The notes under the pieces: generated by a model | Seen by the model: the letters and a program-made list of their open reading frames with translations, nothing else | Told to the model about the DNA's origin: nothing | Databases searched by the model: none | Position numbers and translations under genes: made by a program | Source of the DNA: a virus | Length of the DNA stretch: 39,182 nucleotides | UHGV virus genome: UHGV-0337819 | Direction: 5' to 3' (one strand) | Shown here: positions 1 to 9,532 of the stretch, in pieces | Numbering within the stretch: position 1 is the first letter of the stretch | Layout: every line of letters starts with the position of its first letter

Positions 1-108
1 CCTGAAACACGTAAATTTATTACAGCAGTAGACGGAAAAATCGAAGTGAGTGTTTCTGATAAAAAAGCTATTGCAATTTTAGAAGAAGCTGCAGATTTAA
101 CAGAAATT
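1..108 (+). CDS. C-terminal fragment of a head-module protein; 5' end lies outside the window and may be the continuation of 39057-39182
   Basis: Frame 1 is open from base 1 to the TAG at 106-108. The partial CDS at the 3' window edge ends exactly on a codon boundary at 39182, so the two join in frame if the genome is circular. Confidence 0.35.
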
Positions 109-119
109 TAGGTGATTAT

Positions 120-464
120 ATGACAGACGAACAAAAAAAAGTAATTATAGAAAAAGTTTCAAAAATGCTACCTAATGTTTCAAAAGAGCGTATTTCGTCT
201 GTCTTAGACCTAGTTCTTTTGGAAATCGGATCTTACAATACATGTAAGATTGAAATTGATTGGGATTTACTTACCTCGCTTGTAATTGAAATTCTATATC
301 AGTCACTTAAAAGCGAAACTGAACAAGCTGTAACTAGCATTAAGCGCGGTGATACATCTATTAGCTATGCAACTACGCAGCAGAGTATAACAGCGTTGCT
401 AGGTAATTACAGCGACACTATAAAACGTTTAATTGGCTGTGATAGTGGGGTGTTTTTCTATTGA
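120..464 (+). CDS. head-tail connector / DNA-packaging gp6-like protein
   Basis: 114 aa; first gene after the capsid genes. Size and position fit head-tail adaptor proteins. No strong motif was recognised. Confidence 0.4.
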   Translation: MTDEQKKVIIEKVSKMLPNVSKERISSVLDLVLLEIGSYNTCKIEIDWDLLTSLVIEILYQSLKSETEQAVTSIKRGDTSISYATTQQSITALLGNYSDTIKRLIGCDSGVFFY

Positions 465-838
465 ATGAAGCGGATATTTTGGCAATGACCTATCTTGATT
501 CGTGTGTCATTGAAAGAATGAACGATATTGAAAATTCTGAAACGGGCATCACTGAGCAAGGGTATTCACCAATCCATGATGGAAAGTTAAAATGCGCATT
601 GTCTCAAAGTGGCCTGGGTAGCGCTGGTAGCTTACCAGTTGTTGAAAACAAAGGGACCTTTAATATCACTTACGAAGATCAAAAATTATTCTTAATGCCT
701 GATGTAGATGTGAAAAAGGCCGACAGAATCACTGTCATTCAAAGTACAGGTCAAAAGCATATTTTATTTGCAAAGAAACCCTTTAACTATCCAAGCCACA
801 TCGAAGTAACATTGACAGGAAGTGCAATCGATGAGTAA
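461..838 (+). CDS. head closure protein (gp15/Hk1-like)
   Basis: 125 aa; ATGA overlap with the upstream gene; position is between connector and tail-completion genes. Confidence 0.4.
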   Translation: MNEADILAMTYLDSCVIERMNDIENSETGITEQGYSPIHDGKLKCALSQSGLGSAGSLPVVENKGTFNITYEDQKLFLMPDVDVKKADRITVIQSTGQKHILFAKKPFNYPSHIEVTLTGSAIDE

Positions 839-1229
839 AAGTGATTTTAGAATGATCTCGAATGCTGACAAAGTTATTGCTAATTTAAAGAAAATGACAC
901 CAATTGCTGAAAAAGAAGGTATTGCGATGGTCAATGATTCGTTAGCGAAGATTTATCAGTTAATTGTGCCTATTACGCCGATAAAAACGGGTGATTTGAG
1001 ACGCGGATACAGAATCATTAAAGCTAGAAAAACATCAAGTGGTAGAATCGTTGGCGCATTAATTAACAATGAAAAATATTTCAAATATGTAAATGACGGA
1101 CACAGAACGAAGAATGGTGGATTTGTTAAAGGCCGATTCATGTTACAAAAGTCTTATAAATTAGCTCATGCAACATATATTCCAAAACGATTCAAACAAA
1201 TGGCGATTGTCATCGCGAAGAAAGGATAG
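822..1229 (+). CDS. HK97 gp10-family tail completion protein
   Basis: 135 aa. Contains a P-I-K-T-G-D-L-R-R-G-Y motif resembling the P.dTG.Lr.S signature of the HK97 gp10 family. Overlaps the upstream gene. Confidence 0.5.
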   Translation: MQSMSKSDFRMISNADKVIANLKKMTPIAEKEGIAMVNDSLAKIYQLIVPITPIKTGDLRRGYRIIKARKTSSGRIVGALINNEKYFKYVNDGHRTKNGGFVKGRFMLQKSYKLAHATYIPKRFKQMAIVIAKKG

Positions 1230-1232
1230 GGT

Positions 1233-1607
1233 ATGTACGATAAAATTTTAAAAATGCTTACTAGCAAAATAAAAAAGTTCTCGGATGCCCCTATCTATCT
1301 TGATGATGTGATGCAATCGTCAGAACCGTTTTATTTTGTTTTGAGCATAGAGGAAAGTATCACTGATAACGTTGGTCAAAACGTTCAGAATAAAGCATAT
1401 AACGTTGATATCGCGTTAGTTGATAGCAAGAAAAATAAACAATTAGTAACAAGCCTAACAGAAGACTGCGGGGCTTTTTTTAATGTCTTAAATCTAGATG
1501 GAAACGAATTATTTCCAGAAGATTATCAAGCATTTAAAACAGACGGAATTCAACATGTTAATTTTAATGTTGCTTTTCCTCAATTAATCGAATGGAGTGA
1601 AAAATAG
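1233..1607 (+). CDS. tail terminator / tail-tube joining protein (putative)
   Basis: 124 aa; lies immediately upstream of the major tail protein gene. Call is from position and size only. Confidence 0.35.
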   Translation: MYDKILKMLTSKIKKFSDAPIYLDDVMQSSEPFYFVLSIEESITDNVGQNVQNKAYNVDIALVDSKKNKQLVTSLTEDCGAFFNVLNLDGNELFPEDYQAFKTDGIQHVNFNVAFPQLIEWSEK

Positions 1608-2450
1608 ATGGCAAATAAGAAAAATGTTCATATTATTTCCGTTGAAACACCTACTTGGTTTCCTTTAGTAGATGAATCAGGTAATTTCCCTATCTATGAT
1701 GAGCCAACAACAATCGGGACTGCAGTAAGTATTAAACCTGATGTAAGCACTGAAACTACAACTGATTATGGTGATAGTGTTGCACAAGATTCAACTGTAT
1801 CCTTTGGTGGAGCTGAAATTGGTATGGAAACGAACGGATATGAAAATCAAGTTTTAGCAACAATTACAGGAGCAAAAATGGTAAAAGGCGGGGTGCTACG
1901 TTCGGGAGATGATATCGCGCGCGATGGAGCTTTTGCATATAAACGTTTAAAATCTAACGGAAAGTACCGATATACAATTTTTTATAAAGGTAAATTTGCC
2001 TTGACATCGGATGAAACATCCACTCGTGAAGGTAGTTCGGTTACGTATACGCATCCAGAATGGACAGGATCTTTTGTGGATGTTCCAGGATTAGGATATA
2101 TGTATTCTGTGGATGAAGACGATGAAAATGTAGATCGGGAAATGATTAAAAACTGGTTCGTTAAAGTTACTGATCCACGTGAAGAGTCTGCAACTCCTGT
2201 CAGTGGTGTAACTTTAGATAAAACTGAATTAGTCCTAACAGTAGGTGAAGTTGCAACTCTAACGCCAACAATCGCACCTGAAAACGCAACAAACAAAAAC
2301 TATTCATTTAAATCAAATGATACTTCAATTGCAACAGTAACACCTGTGCAAGGAAAAGTTACAGCAGTAGCTTCAGGAAACACAACTATTGTTGTCGCTG
2401 CTGAAGATGGCAACCATACAGCTGAATGCAGCGTAACAGTTAATGCATAA
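1608..2450 (+). CDS. major tail protein with C-terminal Ig-like (Big_2) domain
   Basis: 280 aa. C-terminal ~80 aa (VSGVTLDKTELVLTVGEVATLTPTIAPENATN...GNTTIVVAAEDGNHTAECSVTVNA) match the Big_2 pattern. It sits upstream of the chaperone/tape-measure genes. Confidence 0.65.
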   Translation: MANKKNVHIISVETPTWFPLVDESGNFPIYDEPTTIGTAVSIKPDVSTETTTDYGDSVAQDSTVSFGGAEIGMETNGYENQVLATITGAKMVKGGVLRSGDDIARDGAFAYKRLKSNGKYRYTIFYKGKFALTSDETSTREGSSVTYTHPEWTGSFVDVPGLGYMYSVDEDDENVDREMIKNWFVKVTDPREESATPVSGVTLDKTELVLTVGEVATLTPTIAPENATNKNYSFKSNDTSIATVTPVQGKVTAVASGNTTIVVAAEDGNHTAECSVTVNA

Positions 2451-2501
2451 TAAAATTTAAGGACGGCCAAGTGTCGTCCTATTATATGGAGGAATTAAAA
2501 A

Positions 2502-2855
2502 ATGGCAAGTAAATTACAAACGACAATTAAACTTTATTTGAAAGATGAAGAAGGCAATTTCACCACTAAACAATTTAAATCTGCTGAAATGTTACCAGGA
2601 TCTGTTATGGAAGATGCAACAGAATTACAAGTAGAACTAGAAGAAATCGTCAAAACAAACGACATGGAGGAAATTCGGCCTGTCTTGCGTAAGTGTTATG
2701 ACTTTATCGCAAAAGTTATTTTTGAAGGTCAATTTACGGGCCAAGAATTTCTTGACGGAATGGATGCACGTGAAATCTTAAAAATTACGGGGCAACTATT
2801 AGGGTCTGTTTCTAGCGGTTATGATGCAGTTTATTCTGATCAGAAAAAAAAGTAA
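2502..2855 (+). CDS. tail assembly chaperone (gpG-like)
   Basis: 117-aa acidic protein directly upstream of the tape measure. Ends ...SDQKKK* with the slippery run A_AAA_AAG at 2844-2850. Confidence 0.55.
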   Translation: MASKLQTTIKLYLKDEEGNFTTKQFKSAEMLPGSVMEDATELQVELEEIVKTNDMEEIRPVLRKCYDFIAKVIFEGQFTGQEFLDGMDAREILKITGQLLGSVSSGYDAVYSDQKKK

Positions 2856-3058
2856 CAGATCTCCTTTATCATCCTCATTTTAAATTTAGTCCACAGTACC
2901 GAGAAGCAGAATTAAAAATTGCACTGCTTGAAAATGGGTGGACACTAAACGAAATTGAGAATACAGACTTGAACGAACTTATGAAGCTTTATGCGTTCAG
3001 AGATGCTGTTAAAGAATTTGAAGAACTTAAATTCCTTGATGAACACACAATGTTCTAA
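2502..3058 (+). CDS. tail assembly chaperone gpGT-like fusion made by -1 programmed ribosomal frameshift at 2844-2850
   Basis: The -1 frame (codon starts = 2 mod 3) stays open from the AAAAAAG heptamer to the TAA at 3056-3058. That adds ~68 aa (KVTDLLYHPHFKFSPQYREAELKIALLENGWTLNEIENTDLNELMKLYAFRDAVKEFEELKFLDEHTMF). Position and geometry match the conserved G/GT frameshift of siphoviruses. Confidence 0.5.
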
Positions 3059-3076
3059 GAAGGGAGGGGGTACTTA

Positions 3077-6001
3077 TTGAACAATGAAGACTTAGTCTTA
3101 AAAATGATACTGGATGAATCAGGATTCTCCCAAGGTCTAAATTCGGCAGTAAAAAAGTTGCAAGGTTTTGATGGAGAGGTTGACAGAACAGGACAAAAAG
3201 GCGGCCGCTCTCTTGGGAGCATATGGACGTCGTTTGTTGGTAACTTTTTAGCCAGCGGAGCAACTAAAATAATTTCAAAAGGAATTGGGCTGATTACCAG
3301 CAACATCGATGGGGCCATTAATCGTGTGGATACGTTAAATAATGCAAACCGTGTATTTGAAAATATGGGCTTTTCAGCTGGTGAAACATCAAAAACAATG
3401 GATAGCTTAAAGAGGAGCATTCAAGGGTTGCCTACACCGTTAGATGGCGCTATTAAAGGTGTTCAATTAATCGCTTCATCAACAAATGACTTAGGAAAAT
3501 CAGAGCAAATTTTTGCAGCTTTAAATAATGGTATTCTCGGCTTTGGTGGGTCTGCAGAGATGGTAGACAATGCGATCATCCAGCTATCACAATCATTTTC
3601 AAATGGTAAAGTAGATGCGCAAACGTGGAACTCAATGATTAACAGTGGTTTGGGCCCAGCTTTAAACGCATTAGCGAAACAAATGGGGTTAACTGCTGGT
3701 CAGATGAAAGAAGGACTCTCCGATGGTTCAATTTCAGTTGAAGAATTCCAAGATTCTCTAATAAAATTGAATAAAGAGGGCGGTGGAGGTCTTAAATCAT
3801 TAGAACAGATTGCTAAAGACTCTACTGCAGGTATTAAAACCGGATTGGCTAACATGAAAACTGCGATTGTTCGTGGTGTGGCCAATGTTGTTACTAAAAT
3901 TGACGAAGGCTTAAAAAGTGCGGGCTTTGGAAGTATTAGTGAAATCATCGCTGATAAAGGGGCAAAGATGGAAGCGGCTTTATCTAAATTTGCTGAAATG
4001 ATACCGCCAATGATAAAAACAGTTAAAACATTGTATGATACGTTAAAGCCTTACGCACCGCTGCTTGCGGGTTTAGCTGGTAGCATTGGTACGTTGATGC
4101 TTGTGAATAAAGTGAATGCAGCATTTAAAGCTTGGAGAGAAGGTACAGAAGCACTTTCGATAGCTCAAGCAATTTTAAATAAGACAATGCTATCAAATCC
4201 TTTTGTTGCAATCTTAACTGCTGTAGTAGGGTTAGTCACAGCGTTTATTTATCTTTGGAAAACCAATGAAGGTTTTAGAGATGCTGTTAAAAACATTTGG
4301 AAAAACATACAGGAGGTCATTTCAAGCGCTGCTGATGTAGTTGTAAAAGCTTGGAATTCGACAATGGAATTCTTCAGCAATATGTGGGATGGTACAAAAG
4401 AAGCTTTTTCAAATGCTGGCACATGGATGAAAGAAGCACCTGGAAATGCAGCCGACTGGGTTAAAAACAAATGGAATGGCACTAAAGAATTCTTTAGTGG
4501 ACTTTGGGATTCAACAAAAGAAGGCTCAAAAAACACATGGGAAAACATCAAGCAGAGTGCTGCTGATAGTGCTAAAAATGTTGGTGAAAGTTTTAAAAAT
4601 GGCTTTGATAATGCGAAAGATTGGTTTAAGGGTGTTGGGAAATCAATATCAGATGTTTTCACAAAAGCTTTTGATTTTGTATGGAAATACATGGGGCCAT
4701 ATATAACAGGAATCAAAAATGCGTTTAAGATGGTTGTTAACGCTATGAAAGCGAACATTGAAAATATCAAAATGATCGCTGAAAATGTCGTTACTATTCT
4801 AAAAAATGTTCTGTTAGCTCCAATACTTTTCATCACATCAATGATTACAGGTGGATGGGAAGAAGCAAAAGAGAACATGATTGCTGTCTGGGATAATATT
4901 GCTGAAGCAGCTCAAACAATTTGGTTTGGTATTAAAAATATCTTTTATAACACAGTCACAGCTATTTCCTATTCAGTCACTTCTATTTTTAATGGATTGA
5001 TGTTGACAATTAAAAAGATTTGGATTGATGTGAAGTTATTTTTCACTTTGCTTTGGATTGATATCAAGTATGGAGCAATCAATATCTGGATTGAAGTTAA
5101 GTATTCCATAATTGAAATTTGGATAAATATTAAATTTGAAGCAATTAGAATATGGGAAAGTTTGAAAACTTGGTTCTTCGAAACAGTAGAAAACATTAAA
5201 AATGGTGTGATCGATGGCTGGAACAACCTAAAACAAGGAACCATTGATACATTTAATGCAACTGTTCAATGGTCAAAAGATACATGGTCCAATTTCAAAC
5301 AGTGGATTATTGATACGGCGGTTGGAATAAAAGATGGTGTTGTTCAAACCTGGTATAGAATTAGAAATGGCACAATAGAAACCTTCAACAACATGGTACA
5401 AGGTGCTAAAAACGCATGGAATAATCTCACAAGAAGTGTCAGTGATACAGTGTCGAATGTAAAACAAACTTTTGAAGATTTAAAACATGTTGATTTATTT
5501 GAAATTGGTAAAAACATCATTCAAGGATTGATTAATGGTATTGGATCTATGATTAACTCAGTTGGGGAAAAAATTCAAGAAGTAGCTGGTAATATCAAAG
5601 AAAAAATAAAAGGGGCTTTAGATATTCATTCTCCTTCGCGCTGGATGCGAGATATGATTGGTAAAAATATCGTGTTGGGTGTTGTGGATGGCATTGACCA
5701 AGAAAAAGGAACTTTGGATAAATCGGTTAAAAATATGGCTGATTTACCTACAGAATTACCGGATTTTTCTGTCACAGGTAGATATGCTAATCAACAGGAA
5801 TCACAAAGATCTAAATCAGATAAGAACAACAGCAATGCAACGACTACCTTTGGTGGTGATACCTTTAACATTAATTTACAAGCAATGGGTGAATTAGATG
5901 ATAAGCAATTAATGAGCATGGCTCAAAAATTAGTTAAATACATTCAAGTTGTCAAAAATAGAGATAGCGATGCAGTAGGAGGTGCTTTTGGTGGAATTTA
6001 A
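3077..6001 (+). CDS. tail tape measure protein
   Basis: 974 aa. Helical/coiled-coil N-terminus, central hydrophobic segments, and a long block of degenerate ~11-aa Trp-containing tandem repeats (KAWNSTMEFFSNMWDGTKEAFSN...WVKNKWNGTKEFFSGLWDSTKEGSKNTWENIK). Sits between chaperones and Dit. RBS GAAGGGAGGGGG lies upstream. Confidence 0.85.
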   Translation: MNNEDLVLKMILDESGFSQGLNSAVKKLQGFDGEVDRTGQKGGRSLGSIWTSFVGNFLASGATKIISKGIGLITSNIDGAINRVDTLNNANRVFENMGFSAGETSKTMDSLKRSIQGLPTPLDGAIKGVQLIASSTNDLGKSEQIFAALNNGILGFGGSAEMVDNAIIQLSQSFSNGKVDAQTWNSMINSGLGPALNALAKQMGLTAGQMKEGLSDGSISVEEFQDSLIKLNKEGGGGLKSLEQIAKDSTAGIKTGLANMKTAIVRGVANVVTKIDEGLKSAGFGSISEIIADKGAKMEAALSKFAEMIPPMIKTVKTLYDTLKPYAPLLAGLAGSIGTLMLVNKVNAAFKAWREGTEALSIAQAILNKTMLSNPFVAILTAVVGLVTAFIYLWKTNEGFRDAVKNIWKNIQEVISSAADVVVKAWNSTMEFFSNMWDGTKEAFSNAGTWMKEAPGNAADWVKNKWNGTKEFFSGLWDSTKEGSKNTWENIKQSAADSAKNVGESFKNGFDNAKDWFKGVGKSISDVFTKAFDFVWKYMGPYITGIKNAFKMVVNAMKANIENIKMIAENVVTILKNVLLAPILFITSMITGGWEEAKENMIAVWDNIAEAAQTIWFGIKNIFYNTVTAISYSVTSIFNGLMLTIKKIWIDVKLFFTLLWIDIKYGAINIWIEVKYSIIEIWINIKFEAIRIWESLKTWFFETVENIKNGVIDGWNNLKQGTIDTFNATVQWSKDTWSNFKQWIIDTAVGIKDGVVQTWYRIRNGTIETFNNMVQGAKNAWNNLTRSVSDTVSNVKQTFEDLKHVDLFEIGKNIIQGLINGIGSMINSVGEKIQEVAGNIKEKIKGALDIHSPSRWMRDMIGKNIVLGVVDGIDQEKGTLDKSVKNMADLPTELPDFSVTGRYANQQESQRSKSDKNNSNATTTFGGDTFNINLQAMGELDDKQLMSMAQKLVKYIQVVKNRDSDAVGGAFGGI

Positions 6002-6725
6002 AAGAGGTCAGTTTTTTCTTAATGGAAAACATAGCTCTGAATTCAATGTGTTTATGAGAGAAAGACCTGAACGACTTTCTGCGGGACGTGTAGTAGAGCT
6101 TAGGGAGCGAATGGGTAATGATTCAATAGCTGTTGATTTTGAGTATTATAAAAATGTAGAACGCACCATTACATGCTATGCGAAAGCAAGAAATTTACAA
6201 GAAGTTTCTTTCTTAGAAGATGAAATCTCGTTCTGGCTCGATATGGGAAACTATTCGGACTTTATCGTTTATTTTGATGAACATTACATTTATCAAGCCA
6301 TCGTAACAAGTCCACCAAAGTTTACAGGAACAAGAAAAACAGGGGTTTTAATTCCTTTTGAGTTTACTGTAAGTATCAGACCTTTCAAAAAAAATCGTAT
6401 TGGCCAATATTGGACAAGTAATCCTAAACAATTAATAAACACAGAAAAATATCCTTCAGAACCTACTATTCAGATTTTTGGTTCTGGGGATATTTCTTTT
6501 TTCATCAATAATCAGGAATACGCATTAAAAGCGATTGCTGGAGACATCATTATTGATTCAGAAAAACAAGAAGCTTATCGAAACTCAGGTGGAGCTTTTG
6601 AAATTTTGGATCATAAAACACTTTTCAAAGATTACCCAATTTTAAAAAGTGGAGAAAATAATTTTCGCTGGACTGGAAAAGTTACAGAGTTTAAGGTTCA
6701 GCCTAATTGGAGGCGGAAAGTTTGA
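5982..6725 (+). CDS. distal tail protein (Dit)
   Basis: 247 aa; overlaps the tape-measure 3' end and lies immediately upstream of Tal, the standard siphovirus order. Confidence 0.65.
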   Translation: MLLVEFKRGQFFLNGKHSSEFNVFMRERPERLSAGRVVELRERMGNDSIAVDFEYYKNVERTITCYAKARNLQEVSFLEDEISFWLDMGNYSDFIVYFDEHYIYQAIVTSPPKFTGTRKTGVLIPFEFTVSIRPFKKNRIGQYWTSNPKQLINTEKYPSEPTIQIFGSGDISFFINNQEYALKAIAGDIIIDSEKQEAYRNSGGAFEILDHKTLFKDYPILKSGENNFRWTGKVTEFKVQPNWRRKV

Positions 6726-9514
6726 TTCCAGTTATTTTTAAACCTGGAGAAAAAGATTTTACAACAAACGGCTTAGGACGTCTTATTGATGCGACACGTT
6801 GCGAAATCACTGAAGAAGCAAACGGAAAATATGAACTAGAAATGGACTATCCAGCGATTAGCAGATTTAGTGATTATTTCGAAAATGGCTATCAAATTAA
6901 AGCAAAGCCAAATGACTTAGAAGAATACCACATTTTTGAGATCAAACAAACGTTTAAAGATACTTTTACTAATAGCATTGTTATTTATGCCCAATCTCGT
7001 ACTTATAAGCTAGGAAACAGACAAGTGAGGCTAGTAACAGTTGATAATCGTAATGGTGCAGAAGCAATGAAATTAATCGAACAGAACATGGACGAACCTT
7101 GTGATATCAAACTATATTCTGATATAAATACAGCTTCTAGCACTACATTTGAAGCTAGAAATGTATTGAATTGTATTGCAGGGGAACAAGGTTCTCTACT
7201 TCAATACTGGGGCGGAGAAATAAAACGAGAGCCTTTTAAATTATCTTTGCTAAGGCGTAGAGGACGAGATAACGTTGGAACTGTTCGTTATGGTAAAGAT
7301 TTAAAAGGATTAACCATTAAATTTGATTGGCAATCAATTGTTACTAAAGTTTTGCCATTTGCAGAGCTTCAAAGTGGAGCAGACGGAACTTCTCAACGGA
7401 TTTATGGAAATGCAGTTAAAAGCGAATATATCAGTAAGTATCCTGATGTTTACGCTCAATACATTCAGTTTACTGAAGATCAAGGAGTAAAAGATATAGC
7501 TAGCTTAAATAAAGTGGCAAGTAAATACTTCACTACATTATATCCAGGAAGTGATAAGCCTAAAGTTTCTATTGAATTAGAAATTGAGAAACTTACAGAT
7601 TCAGAAGAAGCAAAAGAATTTGCTAAGATGCGTAACTATAATTTATTCGATACATTCACTGTATACCACAAGCTTTATGATATTGACATTCAAACGAAAG
7701 TTACAGGAATTGTCTATGATGCTTTAGCAGAAAAAACAATAAAAATCACTGCGGGAGATATCCAAGTTGCTTTTTATAAACAGCAAAGCCAAGACTTTCA
7801 AGAAGCTATAAAAACATTGACAAAAAAAGAGTATATGAGTGATTTTGTAGATTATATTACTAATTTGATTAACGGTGTTGAAGGTGGAAGTATACTTCAA
7901 TATCCTAAAAATCGACCTAATACCCATTATTACTTAGATACGGAATCCACGGATACTGCAAAAGATGTGATTGCAATTAATAACAAAGGAATTGGATTCT
8001 CAAGAACTGGTTGGAAAGGTCCATTTAAAAATGCGTGGGGAATTAATGGAGTATTGAATGCGGACTTTATAGGAGCTGGCAAAATAAAATCTAATATTTT
8101 TGAAACATCATTTAATAGCTGTGGAGATATTTTACGTATGGTAAACGGTACTTTACAAGCTTGGAATAATAAGAAAAAAATCATGGAATTAACTAAAAAA
8201 GGGATGGAGTTTTGGAATGGTAATAGTCACGTTGGCACGATGGGAACAAAGGGAAATCCTTTTCCAGGGTTAGCAGATAAAAATGGAAATCCTGTAGTTT
8301 CTGATGGGAATTCATTACTATTAGTCGCAGATAATCCCCAAAAAATTATTGGTTTGTCTAACCAATCAGGCACAGGACATTTAATTACTGGTCCTACACA
8401 GTTTTTTGTTGGAAATAATTTTAACTTTTTTGGTCCAAATGGAAGTAAAGCAATTCTGGCAGTTGATCGATTGATTGTGGGCGGCAAAGAAGTTATACCT
8501 GGTCAAAATGGTGGTGGCGGTTCTGGAGCTGGAACAGGTGGTTATCCATCAGAAGTTACAAGCGATGCAGATAAATTTGCTTGGGACTTATGGAGTTACC
8601 TATTAGCTAACGGATACAGCAAAGCAGCTGCTGCAGGTATCCTTGGAAATGTACAAGGAGAAGTTGGTCCAAGTTTGAACCCAGATACCGAACAAATAGG
8701 CGGTCCAGCTTACGGATGGGTTCAATGGGACGGTTCAGCATATCCATTGGTAGGCGCACCAACTTGGAATGGCCGAGAATATGTACAACGCTTAATCGCA
8801 GCTGCAGGTATCAAACAAGACTATAGGACGTCATTAGCCCAAGCTCAATTAATTAATTGGTGTATGTTCAATGGGCAATGGTTAGGACAAGTAAGTCCAT
8901 TAACAGTTGATGAATTTAAAGTTGTCAGCTCGCCTAAAACAGCTGCTTATGCGTTTGAATTAAACTTTGAACGTCCAGCTGCAGCACATCCAGAAAGACA
9001 AACCTATGCACAAGTATGGTATGACAAATTCAAAGATTTGAAAGCTTCTACTGCAACAGGAAAAGCTGGCATAGAACATTTGGAGACCTTAATGGGCAAA
9101 TGGCTTGGTAATGGGCAATGTTATGCCGTTCCAGCCGAATATTCTGGTTTTATGGGCGGCTGTGGTTTAGGTGCAGGAACAATTTATGGCTTTTCACATG
9201 TAATTGGTGATACATCATCTGCTGCAGATATTGGTGAAGCATATGATTGGAATGCGGTAGGTTGGCGAGTAATCCAAAATCCAACGTATCAAGATTTAGT
9301 GGTAGGAGCAATCGTCAATATTAGACGAGGTGGCCAATGGGGAACAGGTTGGACAGTAGACCCAACATATGGTCACACGGGCGTGATTTACGGCTTAAAT
9401 AACGGACGTATCCAAACCATAGAACAGAACGCCGAGCAAGGGCAAATTGTCGCAAAATATGACCGATTATATTTTGCTAATTCTATTCAATCGATTGTTA
9501 TTCCACCAAAATAA
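6707..9514 (+). CDS. tail-associated lysin (Tal) / tail endopeptidase with two C-terminal peptidoglycan hydrolase domains
   Basis: 935 aa. The N-terminal ~400 aa are of the prophage tail endopeptidase type. A Gly-rich linker (GGGGSGAGTGG) follows. Then comes a lysozyme-like segment (ANGYSKAAAAGILGNVQGE...GWVQWDG), then a CHAP-like Cys/His domain (GQCYAVPAEY...GHTGVIYG). Confidence 0.75.
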   Translation: MEAESLIPVIFKPGEKDFTTNGLGRLIDATRCEITEEANGKYELEMDYPAISRFSDYFENGYQIKAKPNDLEEYHIFEIKQTFKDTFTNSIVIYAQSRTYKLGNRQVRLVTVDNRNGAEAMKLIEQNMDEPCDIKLYSDINTASSTTFEARNVLNCIAGEQGSLLQYWGGEIKREPFKLSLLRRRGRDNVGTVRYGKDLKGLTIKFDWQSIVTKVLPFAELQSGADGTSQRIYGNAVKSEYISKYPDVYAQYIQFTEDQGVKDIASLNKVASKYFTTLYPGSDKPKVSIELEIEKLTDSEEAKEFAKMRNYNLFDTFTVYHKLYDIDIQTKVTGIVYDALAEKTIKITAGDIQVAFYKQQSQDFQEAIKTLTKKEYMSDFVDYITNLINGVEGGSILQYPKNRPNTHYYLDTESTDTAKDVIAINNKGIGFSRTGWKGPFKNAWGINGVLNADFIGAGKIKSNIFETSFNSCGDILRMVNGTLQAWNNKKKIMELTKKGMEFWNGNSHVGTMGTKGNPFPGLADKNGNPVVSDGNSLLLVADNPQKIIGLSNQSGTGHLITGPTQFFVGNNFNFFGPNGSKAILAVDRLIVGGKEVIPGQNGGGGSGAGTGGYPSEVTSDADKFAWDLWSYLLANGYSKAAAAGILGNVQGEVGPSLNPDTEQIGGPAYGWVQWDGSAYPLVGAPTWNGREYVQRLIAAAGIKQDYRTSLAQAQLINWCMFNGQWLGQVSPLTVDEFKVVSSPKTAAYAFELNFERPAAAHPERQTYAQVWYDKFKDLKASTATGKAGIEHLETLMGKWLGNGQCYAVPAEYSGFMGGCGLGAGTIYGFSHVIGDTSSAADIGEAYDWNAVGWRVIQNPTYQDLVVGAIVNIRRGGQWGTGWTVDPTYGHTGVIYGLNNGRIQTIEQNAEQGQIVAKYDRLYFANSIQSIVIPPK

Positions 9515-9532
9515 CGAAAGGAGGATTTTTCA

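Noticed and set aside
956-2296. Minus-strand ORFs 956-1141 and 1982-2296
   Set aside because: They are embedded antisense in the tail-completion and major-tail genes, and there is no RBS.
3027-5467. Minus-strand ORFs 3027-3263, 3055-3420, 3700-3948, 4249-4878, 4969-5244, 5273-5467 and plus-strand alternative-frame ORFs 4446-4706, 5658-5897
   Set aside because: They are all embedded in the 974-aa tape-measure gene. They have no RBS, low-complexity translations and a hydrophobic, repeat-driven composition. They are antisense or alternate-frame artefacts of the repetitive coding sequence.
7724-8487. Minus-strand ORFs 7724-7927, 7930-8184, 8227-8487 inside the Tal gene
   Set aside because: They are antisense to a long, well-supported + strand CDS with recognisable domains. 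They have no RBS and are hydrophobic junk.
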